Below the pieces are notes generated by a model. That model was not told the origin of the DNA, did no database searches, and saw only the letters and a program-made list of their open reading frames with translations. A stretch of DNA of 64,000 nucleotides from Raillietiella orientalis (taxonomy: Eukaryota): contig JAYWIR010000045.1 of NCBI GenBank assembly GCA_036172245.1, positions 1,178,001-1,242,000 of the forward strand, in the 5' to 3' direction. Below, piece by piece: positions 25,650-39,100 of the stretch (position 1 is the first letter of the stretch; each line of letters begins with the position of its first letter). A program made the translations under genes and the position numbers.

Positions 25650-26200
25650 CAACCCTAATACGTGATGGAAATCTTGCAATACCTTGAATTAGACGGCGCC
25701 ACTGTGTGTTCAAACTGTCCGTGAAGAATGCACTTATGTGTTGGCCAATAATCGATCTGTCAATGACAAATCAACCTCCCGAGTCGTGGATTTTCCTTTG
25801 CTAATGATCTAACTGACAGCTCACAGCTTGATCATTGACTTTCCTGTGGTGCAGCCAGATCTTTTCTTGAGGTTGCATTTCCTATGCAGCTAGTGTGGGA
25901 TATACTGGCAGGTAGCTTGAATTTTGGGGAAATAAGAGGATTCCACACCAGCCCTATTTCATAGCATTCCACAGTTTGCAAGATATACTGTCATTCTATC
26001 CATCTTCCTCAATTCTTTCTAGATTTTCTTGTGGCCTTGTTTTCCTAAAGGAAGACTAGCATTCTCTTGTTTGATAGTTTTGCATCTCCTGGTCCCAATG
26101 TTTTCCATTCTTGTGGTATCTATGTAGTGAGTCTTGAGTTTATTTGGCATAAAGTCCAGGGATCACCTGGAGTCTTGATTGTATCCGAAGGTCCAGGGTC
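25650..26200 (-). mobile_element. Possible degenerate non-LTR retrotransposon (AP-endonuclease) remnant
   Basis: Broken motifs MENIGTRRCKT (compare IGTWNVRT), KTR (compare ETR) and AGVG/ILL in order, with many stops; weak. Confidence 0.3.
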
Positions 26201-26379
26201 CTTGTATGTCAAGTCCAAACACCAGCTGCACAGGAGTGCAACTTAAACTACCTCGAGCAACATATGTGCTGCATCAAAAATCAGATCTCACAGTTCGAAG
26301 ATGAAGATCCATGCACAATGTAAACAAAAACGAGTGGAGGCTGTCTGTCATGTCCCACATCCGAATTCCGTTAACATTT

Positions 26380-26480
26380 CCGTTAACACTTTTGTGTGCG
26401 CATCGCTTCACCCCGCCGGCGTGTTGGGCTTCAGTGCGGAGCGCCGAGCCTTCCCCACGGTTCGGTAAGTACCGCCCCAC
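26380..26480 (+). promoter_or_regulatory. GC/CpG-rich patch with a strong donor (cg|gtaagt at 26465); probable non-coding first exon or promoter of the septin gene
   Basis: Local GC richness in an AT-rich background, upstream of the acceptor (tttttcag, 27662) that precedes the septin ATG. Confidence 0.45.
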
Positions 26481-27678
26481 CTTCTCAAATGGTGTCTGAA
26501 GTGTGTGGAAGTCATCATATCCTCGCCTGCTGCAGTGTCATATTATATAGCCGTCCGTTGGTAAAGAGAGTAAGTTGCAGGTCGTGACTGTTTTTGTGTC
26601 TGTGTGACTCTAGGGAGCCGTTCCATGCCCTCTCATTTGGTAGTCACACACGTAGATGCCGAGATTCGAACAGTGACGTTCATTGTATGGCAGTGAGCTT
26701 TCCCTTGTTTTTGACATTTTTCACAGAGTGTCTTTGCATGCATCCGGACGTGGTCTTTGAAAACATCTGATTTAACATCTTCACCATTTAATAATTTCAC
26801 ACCCTTGTGCTTTCGAAGTTACGTGTGAGAGTGGTAGTTGACGAGTGTTAGTGGATTAAAACACAGATTTGGCAAATTCTTTGTGCAGTGCTTAAGTAGT
26901 TTTAGAATCCCATATTGCAGTTTTCTGGTGTGCGCTTGGGAAAAATGAATGAATTCTGAATTTTTTTCGCTCCGACGAAACATAAACTCGCAAAAATCAG
27001 GATTTAGAAGAAAGTTTCAATTCTGTTCTTTAAACACTTCGAAAGGTACTTTATAAAACGGGACACACAGGCAGTATGTATATTATATGCAAATCTGCCT
27101 TCGCGTGTATGTATGCATACATGCATGTGTGATACAATGAGACACGGTGAATACTTTTCAAATGCATGTATTTTTCAATAGTTTTGCTTTCAGGCAAATT
27201 CTGTTCATAAATAACAGAATACAACCGAAGATCGGCATGCCAGGAGCCATTATAAAGCAGGGGTGTTAGCCTATGTTAGGTTTTGTTTACATTGGTACCA
27301 CTTTGTTTTACTAAAGGTAAGGTTTCATTTGGAGGATTTCATATCAGTAAGTTTGATTCTTTCATGACATTAAATAGCACTACAATTCATGTGCTGCTAA
27401 TCCAAATTCAGGAATTGATATGGCTAAATAAGAAGTGATATGGTATTCCGTTGATTTTAGTTAATGTTTCTATTAAGACTGTGTCTGATATTATGTAGCT
27501 AGTAAAATTTATTAATTTACGTGCATCACTGTTGAGGTGAGCAGTGTATTGTAGGAATTAGAAGCTTTGTAATGAAGTGAATGTGTGAATGTTTAAGTTT
27601 GCTTTCAAAATTTATTTTTTAGATTTAGAACACGTAATGCTAACTGCTCAGATGTTTTTCAGATCAACAATCTGAGAG

Positions 27679-30135
27679 ATGTCTGCAGTTGATGTCCACA
27701 AACCACTCCATAAACCAGACCATCTTATAAATCAGGTATCCTTAAATTGTCTCGTGTTGGAAATTTCAATTTTTTATTGATTGTGAGACCTACAACTAAC
27801 ACTCTAGAAAGGCTGGATAAATGCTATCAGTTTTGTAGTTGTTATTTTATCCTGCAACATCTCATGTGCTGAAAAAGATAAAAGACTGTATTCTGTTAAA
27901 GTAACAAACAAATTAAAGATTATTGCAATTCAAACTTTATTGATGTAAAGCTTGTAAGTGGATAATACTATTTGTGCACATTTTTTTATGCTGCGTTTTA
28001 TGCTTATGTATTCCCTTGGACCAAGTTTTAGTTAATATGTTGCAGTAGTTTTCCTTCCATGGGAAGTGTGCATAGCCTCATCATTGTTTTCGATTATTAA
28101 ATGAATACGCATTTGAAAGCAATGTTTGCTTTGGCCATTTGCTCTCCGGAGGTGTCAACTTGAACAAGCTTTCGCAGTTACTTTAGCATTATCTTATTTT
28201 TTTTAAAGTATTGCTGACATTCGTTTTACACTTGAATTGCTTTCTTTAATTTCTCTGCATCATGCAAGTTTTTTTTCTGCTATTTTTTTTCTTTTTTTCT
28301 TTGAGTTTGTTATGCATTTTTGTTCATAACATTAATAATGATTTGTTCATGACAATGCAATAGGTATCGATAGTATTGATCTACCAAAAACAAGGATTTT
28401 GCCACAGTGAACCATTTTAACCAGTTTGTATTTATGTACGAATAGATGCAAATTTTTTCTTCAAGATTTATAACTAGTATAATGTTGAAAAGATCTCTTA
28501 AGGACAAATGTAATTGAAATGAAAAAAATGTTGAAATTTCATAAGTGTTAAATCAGCACTTGGCTTTTGGTTCTTTATATACTTTTGTATAAATTGCTGT
28601 GCTTACAATTTTTTTTGTTCCTTTGTTATTTTAGAATAAAGTGCAAACTACTATTGAGAATGAAATACCAGTATTAAAATTACTAGGTCATGTTGGCTTT
28701 GATACTCTTCCTGATCAATTAGTGAATAATACAATTTCTCAAGGATTTGTTTTTAACATACTGTGTATTGGTAAGTGCAAACTATTCTTGAGGTTTGTTT
28801 ACCTTAAAGTGTAGGGGAAACTGGAATCGGAAAATCCACTCTAATGAGTTCTTTATTTAATACAAATTTTGAATGCACTCCAGCCTCTCATGATATGAAA
28901 GAAGTGTCACTTAAGTCAAATGTTTATCATCTTAAAGAAGGCAATGTCAAGTTGAAGGTTTGTTATCCAGGTGTGTTATTGCGTTACCCATGTTAAAACA
29001 TAAATTCATTTCAGCTAACTGTGGTGGATACAGTTGGTTACGGAGATCAAGTCAACAAAGAAAATAGTTTTAAGGCAATTGTTGATTACATTGATGCGCA
29101 GTTTGAAAAATATCTGCAGGAGGAATTGAAGTTGAAAAGAGTATTCTCTGTTGATAGTGACTCACGAATACATGTGTGTTTATACTTTCTATGCCCCACT
29201 GGTCATGGGTGAGTTCAGGTGAATTATTATGTAAGTTGATTGCCTTATCAGTTTAAAAGCTATTGATCTCGTATGTATGAAGCATTTGCAAAATCGAGTA
29301 AACATTATTCCAATTATAGCTAAAGCTGATAGTATTGCCAAAAATGAGCTTCCAAAGTTCAAGGTAATTTGGTACTTGTTTCATAAGAGCCCATCAATAT
29401 CCATTCTATTCTAGCAAAAGATAATGTCTGAACTGACCAAAAATGATGTTCACATCTATCATTTTCCAACAGATGATGAGAACATGGGTGAATTTAATCA
29501 TACCGTGAATGCTCTCGTTCCATTTGCTGTTGTTGGAAGTACAGATATGATTAGAAATGGTTCTAAGTTTATAAGAGGTCGTCAACTTCCATGGGGTTTT
29601 GTGCAAGTGGAAAATGAGGGCCACTGTGATTTTATCAAACTACGTGAATCACTCATTTACATAAATATGGAAGACTTGCGTCAACAGACTCATGCAATGC
29701 ATTATGAGCTTTATCGCTGCAAACGATTGGTGGAAATGGGATTTTCTGATGCTGAAAGCAACTCAACATCATTTCAAGAACACTGTGAAAGAAGACGTAA
29801 CGCTATACATATTGAGATGCAAAAACGAGAAGAAGATATGCGCAACACATTTATTTCAAAAGTAAAGAGTAAAGAAGATGAGTTAAAAGAAGCAGAAAAC
29901 GAGGTGAGCAATCCTAGCATCGAGTTTAATTCAAATGTTTATTTGCTAGCTGCAAGCGCGTTTTGAAGCTCTCAAAAGAGAACGTACTGAAGAGAAAAAG
30001 CGTTTAGATGAAGCAAGGAAAAAACTAGAAGACAGTATTGCAGAATTCCAAAAGTATAAACTCCAAATGTTATCTCCTAGTGGAGGTCATCACACCCTGT
30101 CCCTTGGTACCTTGGGCAAACAGCGCAAAAAATAA
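27679..30135 (+). CDS. Sep2: Septin of the SEPT6/8/10/11 group (Drosophila Sep2-like). Exons: 27679-27735, 28635-28770, 28815-28957, 29015-29208, 29252-29363, 29415-29903, 29950-30135
   Basis: [78 protein letters not shown]-terminal coiled coil; stop TAA at 30133-30135. Confidence 0.94.
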
Positions 30136-31809
30136 TTCTTTCTATTTGCCCCCCCCCCCCCCATTTTTTCGGTGAAATCTTGCAATTTTCCTATAAATGA
30201 TTTTTTCTAATAAAAATTAAATGACTTGAAGTCTCGTAAAAACTAGTTGCAGTTTTTATTACTCCTTTGTTGTACTAGTCAAGCATCTCAGGTCGCCTTC
30301 ATGGTTAAAGCGATTCGTGATTTGGATCGATTGTACAAATTTGGGACTACTACTGCTAGGTTTATCTAAATGGTTTGTCATTTTCTAATTCCTTCCTTTC
30401 CCCCATTCTCAAAGGGCGAAAACAAAAAAATCACGCAAACTGTTTTTATCAGATGTAACTGAAGTCGTCAAAGTGCCAGAAGAAAAGGAAATGTAAATGA
30501 AAATAAGTTTTTCCTACGACGAGAAACCTTATTTTGTTTTAGCCATTTTTTCCAGAGCACTCCCTTGCTGTTCTAATACTTTTCTAAGCATCCATCAACG
30601 CAGCTCTTGATGTTTCGTTTGTGTTTAATTTCATTTAATGATTAGCTGCGTGAAATTTCATTCTCACAGTAGTGAAGCTTTCGCCGTTTTCTTTCCTCTT
30701 GTTTCTACTTCTAAAGTTGGGCCATGTCTAGTTTTCCTTCGAAATTTTAGTGGCCACGCTATAAGCAGCGCACCATATTATCAATGAGCGATGTATGCAT
30801 CCCTACGGCCGCCCTTTCCAACTTCGTGAACTCTGCACCTTTGGTTCATTTATTTAATGGCTAATGTGGTGAACTACTCTGCCTACTGTCGTGGTCTTTT
30901 TGTTTGCTTCCTAAGAACCACGCGTGAAAAACTCTTGAGCGTGGATTCGGAACGTTCAGTGAAATCCTTTTAAATTATGCCGACTGTGATTACGAAAGTT
31001 ATACCAAGTTTCCTGTGGTTGTAGGATGATCAAGATAGGTATTCTTCCTAGTTAGCTAGAAACTGCAGTCCCTGCACATTTGTGTGCATACTCAGCTCCC
31101 TATGGTACCAGTTTCAAAATGTGTCAAAAGGTGTTACTGCGTGCAGACGGATGCAAAAGTAGATTTGAAGGATTCTCATCCCGAAACATTTCCTAAGGAA
31201 CTCTAATGGAAACGTTAAACATTTTCTGTTTTCAAATGAACTTTGTTGAAAGCAGCAGACAAGCATCCTGCATTTGTGAAGAGTTTGGCATTCCTTTGTA
31301 CTGAAGTAAAGTGACGATAGAAGAAGAAGGAAAAAAACGTTCATTGCAAAGTCTTCAGCTGCCGAATCGAAAGCCAAGTTGGAACGCTTCCCTGATTGTG
31401 CCGCCTCGGTTTTATTCAACTTCATCCGACCGAGTCGCTGTACCTTTCCGATCGATGCATCGATCTAATTTCCATTCCCCGTGGCTCCCTTTTGAGTTTA
31501 GGGACCTCCGAACGTTGCAAAGAAACCTCTGATCGTCGTTGCTGTGGATTCTAGCATCCGGTTACAGCTTCTCAACCACTCTGTAGAGTTTCGAAAAATT
31601 GATGACGGTTTTCGCTTCTTTACTACAATTTTTGACGGAATACATTCCAATAAAAGTCCCTGCGCTGTAATATCAGAAAACATGTTTTTATTTACTGATA
31701 TCCTAAACTCATGTAATAAGTATGTGTTTATACTATTCACACCTGCATCCATGCCTAAGGAATTTACCAGAACATTAACTGTTTGCCATAATTCTGCATG
31801 GTTTGGTGT

Positions 31810-31846
<37 letters not shown>

Positions 31847-33169
31847 CAGAGAGAGAGATATATATAATGCTAGAAGAATAACCAACGTAAGTGACATGAT
31901 GCATAATTAATTTTGGTTTGAGCGCAGAAAAGTTGCGGATGACCACACCTTTTGAATCCCGATGGAATACCCCCACGGGGGACATCGTAGTAACAGAAGC
32001 AAGTTATCATTTTCATCCCTTTGACACGATCAGGGAGGAAAGGCAACAGTGTTCTTTTTCGGTTTACGTGAAAAATCCGAGCTGTAATCAGCCAAGATAC
32101 TCAGACGGCGACGTACATCGGAGAAGCGCAGATGAGAATCCCTCGTGGTCACTCAAGCCCCAACTAAACGCAGTTCTCAACACAGGAAATCACAGACTGC
32201 TGATGTGAGTTGTAATTTGATGCTTGCAGTTTTTCACAGGTCGAATCCACAGTGTCTTGAGTTTGTATCGTTTGTTCAAGTGACGAACAGATCTCATCTC
32301 CCGAGAATTCTTGTTTGGGTTCGTCTCCACTAACTGCCAGCTCGCAAGTGATCAGCCGACGGTTTCCGGAGAAGGCTCCCTGGGCCAGGTGGCTTCCTAA
32401 GGAGCAAACGTAATAAACCCAAGTAGCTGTTGACTTTGGAAAGTAAGCGATAACCTTTCACTCCACTAAAAAGCAAAGGTCCATGCGATCTAATCACGCC
32501 TACTGCTTTGCAGTAGCGAGCAGTCAGCATACAGAAAGCAAGTTTCGTGCTTTATAGACCGCTCCGTACCTAGGAAGTTCTAAAAAAAGAAGAGCGAGAG
32601 AGAGGAGCGAGAAAGAAACAAAGCTGCGGATCCCGACTTTCCAGCTTTATAAAGTCAACCATTCTATGGAAATAGGGCTGTCTAGTAGCTACCTATTACT
32701 TCGAGTCGAACGTTTGAATGCAATCGTGGGTTTTAGTAGAAAGTAGTCAAGCGTCCAAGGACCGTTGCAGACAACATGCAAACTTCGCAGCCAAGTTCCC
32801 AACAAGGCTTGCTTCACTCGTTTTTTCCACTTCTAATAGCCAACTGAAAAGATTCCGCTCTGGGGTCGAGAAAGGGGGCTAAAATGAGGAAAGTGCCCCT
32901 GAAAATTCCGAAATGTTGCTCTGAGAAACGCATCCACCGGCCGTACTTACGGGTGTTTCCCCCTTTCATCCGTAGGACTTGGCAAAAGGAAAGAAGGCAT
33001 GTTGCTTGTTTGTAGCAGCATTCTACACTAAATTTATTTGTGGGAACGAAAACGCATATATACCATACTCAAACACGTCGATGCAAGTAAAGTTGCTCAC
33101 ACGAAGCAGAAAACTTTGATAAGGGAGATCCTTCCTTGGTATCAGGTTTGGAAATGTTATCGGGTAAGA

Positions 33170-36100
33170 TCAATAGTATTTCATTTGAATGGGCTGGTAT
33201 TGGTCCAGATATTCTGTTCTCAAGGTTTCCTCTTTGCCTTTTGTAAATCCTTGTACGGAACCATCATGTGTATCCCATTGCAATCCCTTTTGCAAGAAGA
33301 ACTGCTCCCATGTTTTCGTTATTTCATCCGGGATGTCTTGCCCAGCTTCCTTATAGTACTTCAGCACACGCAGATCTGCTCCTATGATCTTGAAACGTCT
33401 TTTAAATATTTCAATGGTGGCTCCTATAAGAACCAGAGAGGATTTACTGGATGGAGTCTGATCAAATACCTGGCAAGAAGTGGCAAGGTCCGTAGTATTC
33501 GTCTCCATTGGCATCGGCTGCTTGTGCGTTCGGCTTCGCGACACGGCTTCTCTTTAGAAACCGAGAGCCCCCAAATTCGTTTACTTGTATCGTGGAATCC
33601 GACAGATAGTAGCGCAAAATCATTCTGACACCTTCGTCATGTGGGCTATCATCAAGCATCACTTCGTAACGAAGGAACTGCAATTATCATGGCATTTTTT
33701 ATAACAGTTGCACTTTCAAAGTCTAAGAATGGTATCAGGACCATTCCTATCCTCAGGGCACGTTGCGTTCGGTGCACTGAGACCAATTAGAGGGAAACTG
33801 TTAGCTCACTTTCACAGTATATTGAATGAAGTTGTCCACCTATGTGAACTGCCTGATTACACTCATTCTAGCTTTGTCCGACTGCTGTCTCCCCTGTCGT
33901 GGCAAGTGCTTCCGCACAGAACCAGGAAAGCCCTGGGATTCAGCAGCTTTTGTGGAATACTCAATTTCTTCGCCCCCATGTAACATACACCTAGTCTTGG
34001 AAATGTTGAAGAAAACTCATCCGAGTCATGAATGAATTGAAAGCTAACTCGGGTGTTTTTTTTTTTTTTTTTTTATCAGAATTTCTTTCTAGCTCCAGCC
34101 TGTGTTCCCTTACATGGTACCACGGGAACTTGTAAAAGAAAGCAAAACAAAAACAAAAGACAGGTACAGATTCTTGGCGGCCGGAATATACCAAATTCGG
34201 AGAAAAGGACTACCCTTTCACGCTGCTCAGAAAATCCCAAAGAAAACCATCATTGGAAAAAGAAAAACAAGCTTTCCGCAATTCATGGACCCTTTCCCTA
34301 AACGAGCAAACTGACATTACCTTGTGGCCATCTTCCAATTTAGGAAGAGGTCCTCTCGTTTTGGGTGGAATTTTCGAGCTGGTATCTTTTATTTCTTCTT
34401 TCAGGCCTCTCTCCTTCATGAATACACCCTGAAATTTTTATGTAAGGCATCGTTCGTTCTTCGTTCGGAGCACTTGAAAAACAAATGTGGTGATAATTTG
34501 CTAAAGTGCTAGGTGAATATTAAAAAATAAACCCCGAAGCTTGCGGAGAAAAGAAGTGTACCATGTTATCATGTTAAGCATGCCAGAAGCAATGTACACA
34601 CAATTTGAAATCGCTGTATGCGCTAATCAACTGTACAGAAACAAGGCAATATTTAGAGGCTAGCAACACTCATAATCCAGAATCTTAAAAACAGCCAAGC
34701 CATAACAACATGAATACCTTAGGCAGTCGCTCCAAAGGCAGTTCCAGCATCTCGAATTTCGACATGGTGCAGGACTCGGTACAATAGTCTCTGGCTGCTT
34801 CATCGCAATCGTAAATCACAAATCTACACAGGAAAAACGAAAGCATAATTCCATGCACCCCTCAAAAAGAGGTTTTCGTTTTTGGTTTTGAATTCAGAGT
34901 CATGTTTTCGGGGGGTTTCGACTTTGGGAAATTCGAATTACTCTCTTAAAAAGAATCAGCTTCATCAGAAAATTTAAAAGCCATCTTCATTTTCTTGGTT
35001 TGCTGTTTGAGCAGCAGTCGCTTTAGGCTCTTGGTGATTGCTGAATCACTTTTCGTTAAAACTGTGTTTGCTCTTTTGGGCATTCCTGGATTTCTACGGG
35101 AACTCTCCCATAGAAAATCATGATGGATAAACGACTGTGATTAAATTTGCCGATACCTAAGCTAACCAAGTCCGGTTCAGCAAATCACTTCAATCAATTT
35201 AACTTACTGGAACTTTTTAACTGAATGGAATTCTCAGCACCATTGCTTACTTGTGGGGAAGAAAAACAATAAATAATTAAAAGTAGCATGTTTTTGAAAT
35301 GAAAAACGAACAAATCTTAAGTGTCATAACAAAATAGTGTTTGTATTTCGTGTTATTGGAATCCTTACTTTCTTCCATAAACATCAATGAATCGACCGAT
35401 GCCAAAATCTTCGACAGTATAAAATTCATCTTCATCGAGAGCATCCCATTTGCTTTTGGCTGAAGACGCAAAGTTTCGTTTAATTCTCTGAGGAACAACC
35501 TATGCTCACCAGCGTAGAAGTAATTTTTAGGTAACCTTTGTCTTTTTAACAGCAATGAATGCGGGTCTTTGTTATCAGTTTGCACCTGTTTAACCTCGAC
35601 GGTATCATCTGATAAAAAGTATTGCATGATATAGGGATGTACTTCTGAGGGACTTATTGGATCGTCCCAGAAACAGTAGAACCTAAAAAGAAGAGTAAAA
35701 TCAGTACAGCAATTCACAATAGCTGAATAATGAGAATCCACAGAGTCCTTAGCTGTTGAGTGAAACAAGGAGAAATTTGGAAGTCTTGTTCGAGACATGG
35801 ATGATTTATGGCATCACCACAAAAATCTAATAAGATGATTAAGTGTCCAAGGTTATACGAGAAAAAAGACAAAAAAAGGCACAAAATTTATAAGGTTTTT
35901 AATCCACTCACTAAGTGTATGCAAAATCACACCGCTTCCGTGGGATGACTTAATAAAGAGTTTCCTCAAAAGTTGGCAAATTCTTAATCCACTGGAAATT
36001 CGTTACGTGTTTTGAAGGAAATTGAAATCGGTAAGACGCCAATTCTCTCATTGGCATCCTTTTAAAAAAAAATTTTTTTCTTCACTTTGGAAAGTTTACC

Positions 36101-39100
36101 GAGTCCTGCGATTGGAGATCCCATTGCGTTCGTCTTCCCTTTCGGCTAGTCCTTTCCAGAACTTCTCGTGCTATAGTCCCATCACTTTGAGACATTCGAA
36201 TGACATGCCCATTGTACTTTGTTTTTTTTCTCTCTCTCTCTCTCTTTTCTTCCACTTCCATGAAACCACCCACTTACCGACCATTCGCCAAAGCATCTCG
36301 ATTGGCATCAACTGCAGTTCGCCACTACCCTTTGCTACGTAATGCTTCGTAGTTGCAGTCTTAGAGAAAAACATCGGGCCACGCAGTATAGCAGTCAGTT
36401 GCCTTCAAGAACGTGGGAGGATCTTCACAGGGATGCTGAAAATGGCTTCCTCGACGGATTCCGCATGGAACACACGTCATGGTAACATGCGTCACATGCT
36501 TCAGTTTTCCACATTTCATTTCAAAAACAAATTTATGATCACATTTTATCTTGTTTTTCATTTGACATACAGCGTATCAATGAATGATGATCGACAAACT
36601 TTAACCAGCTCATGGAAAACTTTGAAGCGCTCCATTTCCACGAATTAGTGGTGGATATAACCATAACTTTACTTTCATAGGTGACTTAGAAACAAAATCC
36701 AGAAACATACGAAAATGTTATTCTTCTTGATCGCTCAGTGAGATACTGATTTGCTTTCATGTAGTGTATTTCCAACGATGCTAAAATAGAAAAGAAATCA
36801 GAAATCATTTTCACCATTTTCTTCAAAAAGCTTTTCGCCTCGGAATTTATCCCAAAGTGGAAGATAACGCCTTTTGGATTCATCTATGAATCATCATGAA
36901 TGGAAGCTGTAGGTGTATTTTTGCAAAAATTGAACATATATGAACATAAATTTGCTCAACATCTTAGCTTGGCAAGTTCTGCAGACTCTTAAGAAATTTG
37001 CATTTTCATAACCAAACCTTGGGAATTACTATGAAAGTTGAAAGTTGTACTCCAAGTTTCGAACAGTTTGTTAAGCAGATACGATGACTGAATGATATCA
37101 CAGTCGAATACGCAGCTACGTGTCGGAGTTAAATACATGAATGTTTTGAATGCTGACAAAAGTGTTTTTCTCCATTTCTAATAGGTCCTCCTACATGGCA
37201 AAAGTGCATTACTTTAATGATCAAAGTCTGGTTGTCAGGGTACTTGGTGCTTTCTTTAGCATCAATTCAGAAACGCCGATCAGAACAAGGCAGAAAACGC
37301 CCACCCTTACTACCAAATAACCTGTTATACTCTTGGTCTGGTATCTGCAATCACTTAACCTAATCACCTCATTGCATCGATTACCACCTGTGTGCCACCC
37401 ATCTACTACATCGGTTTACAGTACGGATTCGTTTTATTAGGTTTCCCCAATTCAGCATACATGTCTGTAGAAATAATTTGAAAATGTAAGCTCGCTTTTC
37501 GATTTTCTCCAGCCACCTTCACTCAAACTTGATAGCACAATACACATTCTCTCTGGAAGTTCCTTATTTTCGGAGTAATCGGGATTCGATGATTAAATTG
37601 CTCTATCTTCATATTCTTACATATGAAACGGCCTGAGAGTAGCATTTAAAATTCATCGATGTCAGTACCTTTCGAACCTAATATATCAAGACACATTTTA
37701 AAAAAGATTGTCGTTTAAAGGGCAAATTATTGATGTGCGTTTCGCCTGTTCCTAGAGAAACTGCTTGCTAGTTTGTAGCACGGACCCCCTCGACAAAAAA
37801 TCTGGACGTCAAATCCGACATTGCACTCCTCGGTGGAAGCATCGAAAGCACAAAGAATATAAAAGGCATTACTTAAACTGTTTAAACAAAACGAATGACA
37901 AACGTGTACAAAACTACTGCGTTCAACTTTTCTTCTAGTACTAAGTTACAAGTTATCAGAATCAGGAAACGCATTCAAAAGTCCTTGGTTCTTTTTTCGT
38001 TCAGGTTTGAAGAGTACTATTGTATAGTTTACTAATCATTTGATACACAATCACGATCAAGTGCTTAAAAGTGCTTGCTCGCACGTCTCAAGACAAAAAT
38101 CTGAGTACGTCACAAGATCCTTAGAAATCAAGAAATTCTTTTGAAATCGTTTGCATAGAAAGCGCATGCAACGCTTTATTGATAAAAAGTGCATTCAAGA
38201 AAGAAATTGGTTTTGAATTTCAGTCATCTTTCAGAGATGCAGAAAGTGGAAGGAATTTATGAATCTTCCCTACAGTTTCAGAGGCCCCATACATCAATCA
38301 AAATTTCACAAGTTCAACAGAGACTGGAAGTTTGTTATTAGATTTTACCTCAAGGTTTTCGAATCATCCTTTGGGTAGCGCTTCAATCTTTTTTGTGAAA
38401 TAGCTTTCGAATGCTTCGTCAGTTGGCTTTCCTTTTTCCTGCAAGCTGATTCCAAGTCCTCTGTTTTAAGGGGTTCATTTAATTCTAATCCTCGAGAAAG
38501 TAAAAATTCCTGGTGGAGGGAGGGGGAGAAAACAAAAATTATTGCCCTTCTGATTCTTTCCTAGGTATCTTTTTCGTCACCTTCGTCCACGCGTCGCAGT
38601 CACAGATTTTGTAAGTGATGCCACAAATGTAAATATCCGTGTTGAGGTTGAGATCCCTCCATGTATATGTTCTCGAATTGTCTTTGGTAAGAACTTTCTG
38701 ACGGTGTAATATTTTACCTTGTTGAAGACCAGAATTCTTCACTTATTATTTATTACAAGCTGAATGTGGAATTTTTAGAAACTTACATCAACTATGGACT
38801 CAGTAATGGAAATGGTATCATCTATGAGATAATACAAAATAATGACATTTCGTCTGATCAGTGCATTAGCATCGTAATGCTCCCCAGTACTGCTCAGAAA
38901 GTATGCTTTAAACTTCAGCACTTTATTATCAAGTGTTACAAATTTAGGCACAAACAGTTTTACTTTGGGGCGTTTCTTAATACCATATATTACTTCCGGA
39001 TCAATTCTAAAACAAACCAACAGCTGTGATTTATTAATAAAAATGCAAAAAGATATACATTCGTACGTATGCACACACTTGTTAAGTGCACAGGTTTCAT

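Noticed and set aside
33038..33628. 196-aa plus-strand ORF
   Set aside because: Antisense shadow of the last two EFHC exons; no recognisable motifs.
36270..36500. Alternative EFHC exon or nested ORF with donor at 36276
   Set aside because: The ATG-bearing frame is out of phase with the next EFHC exon, and no homology is recognised.
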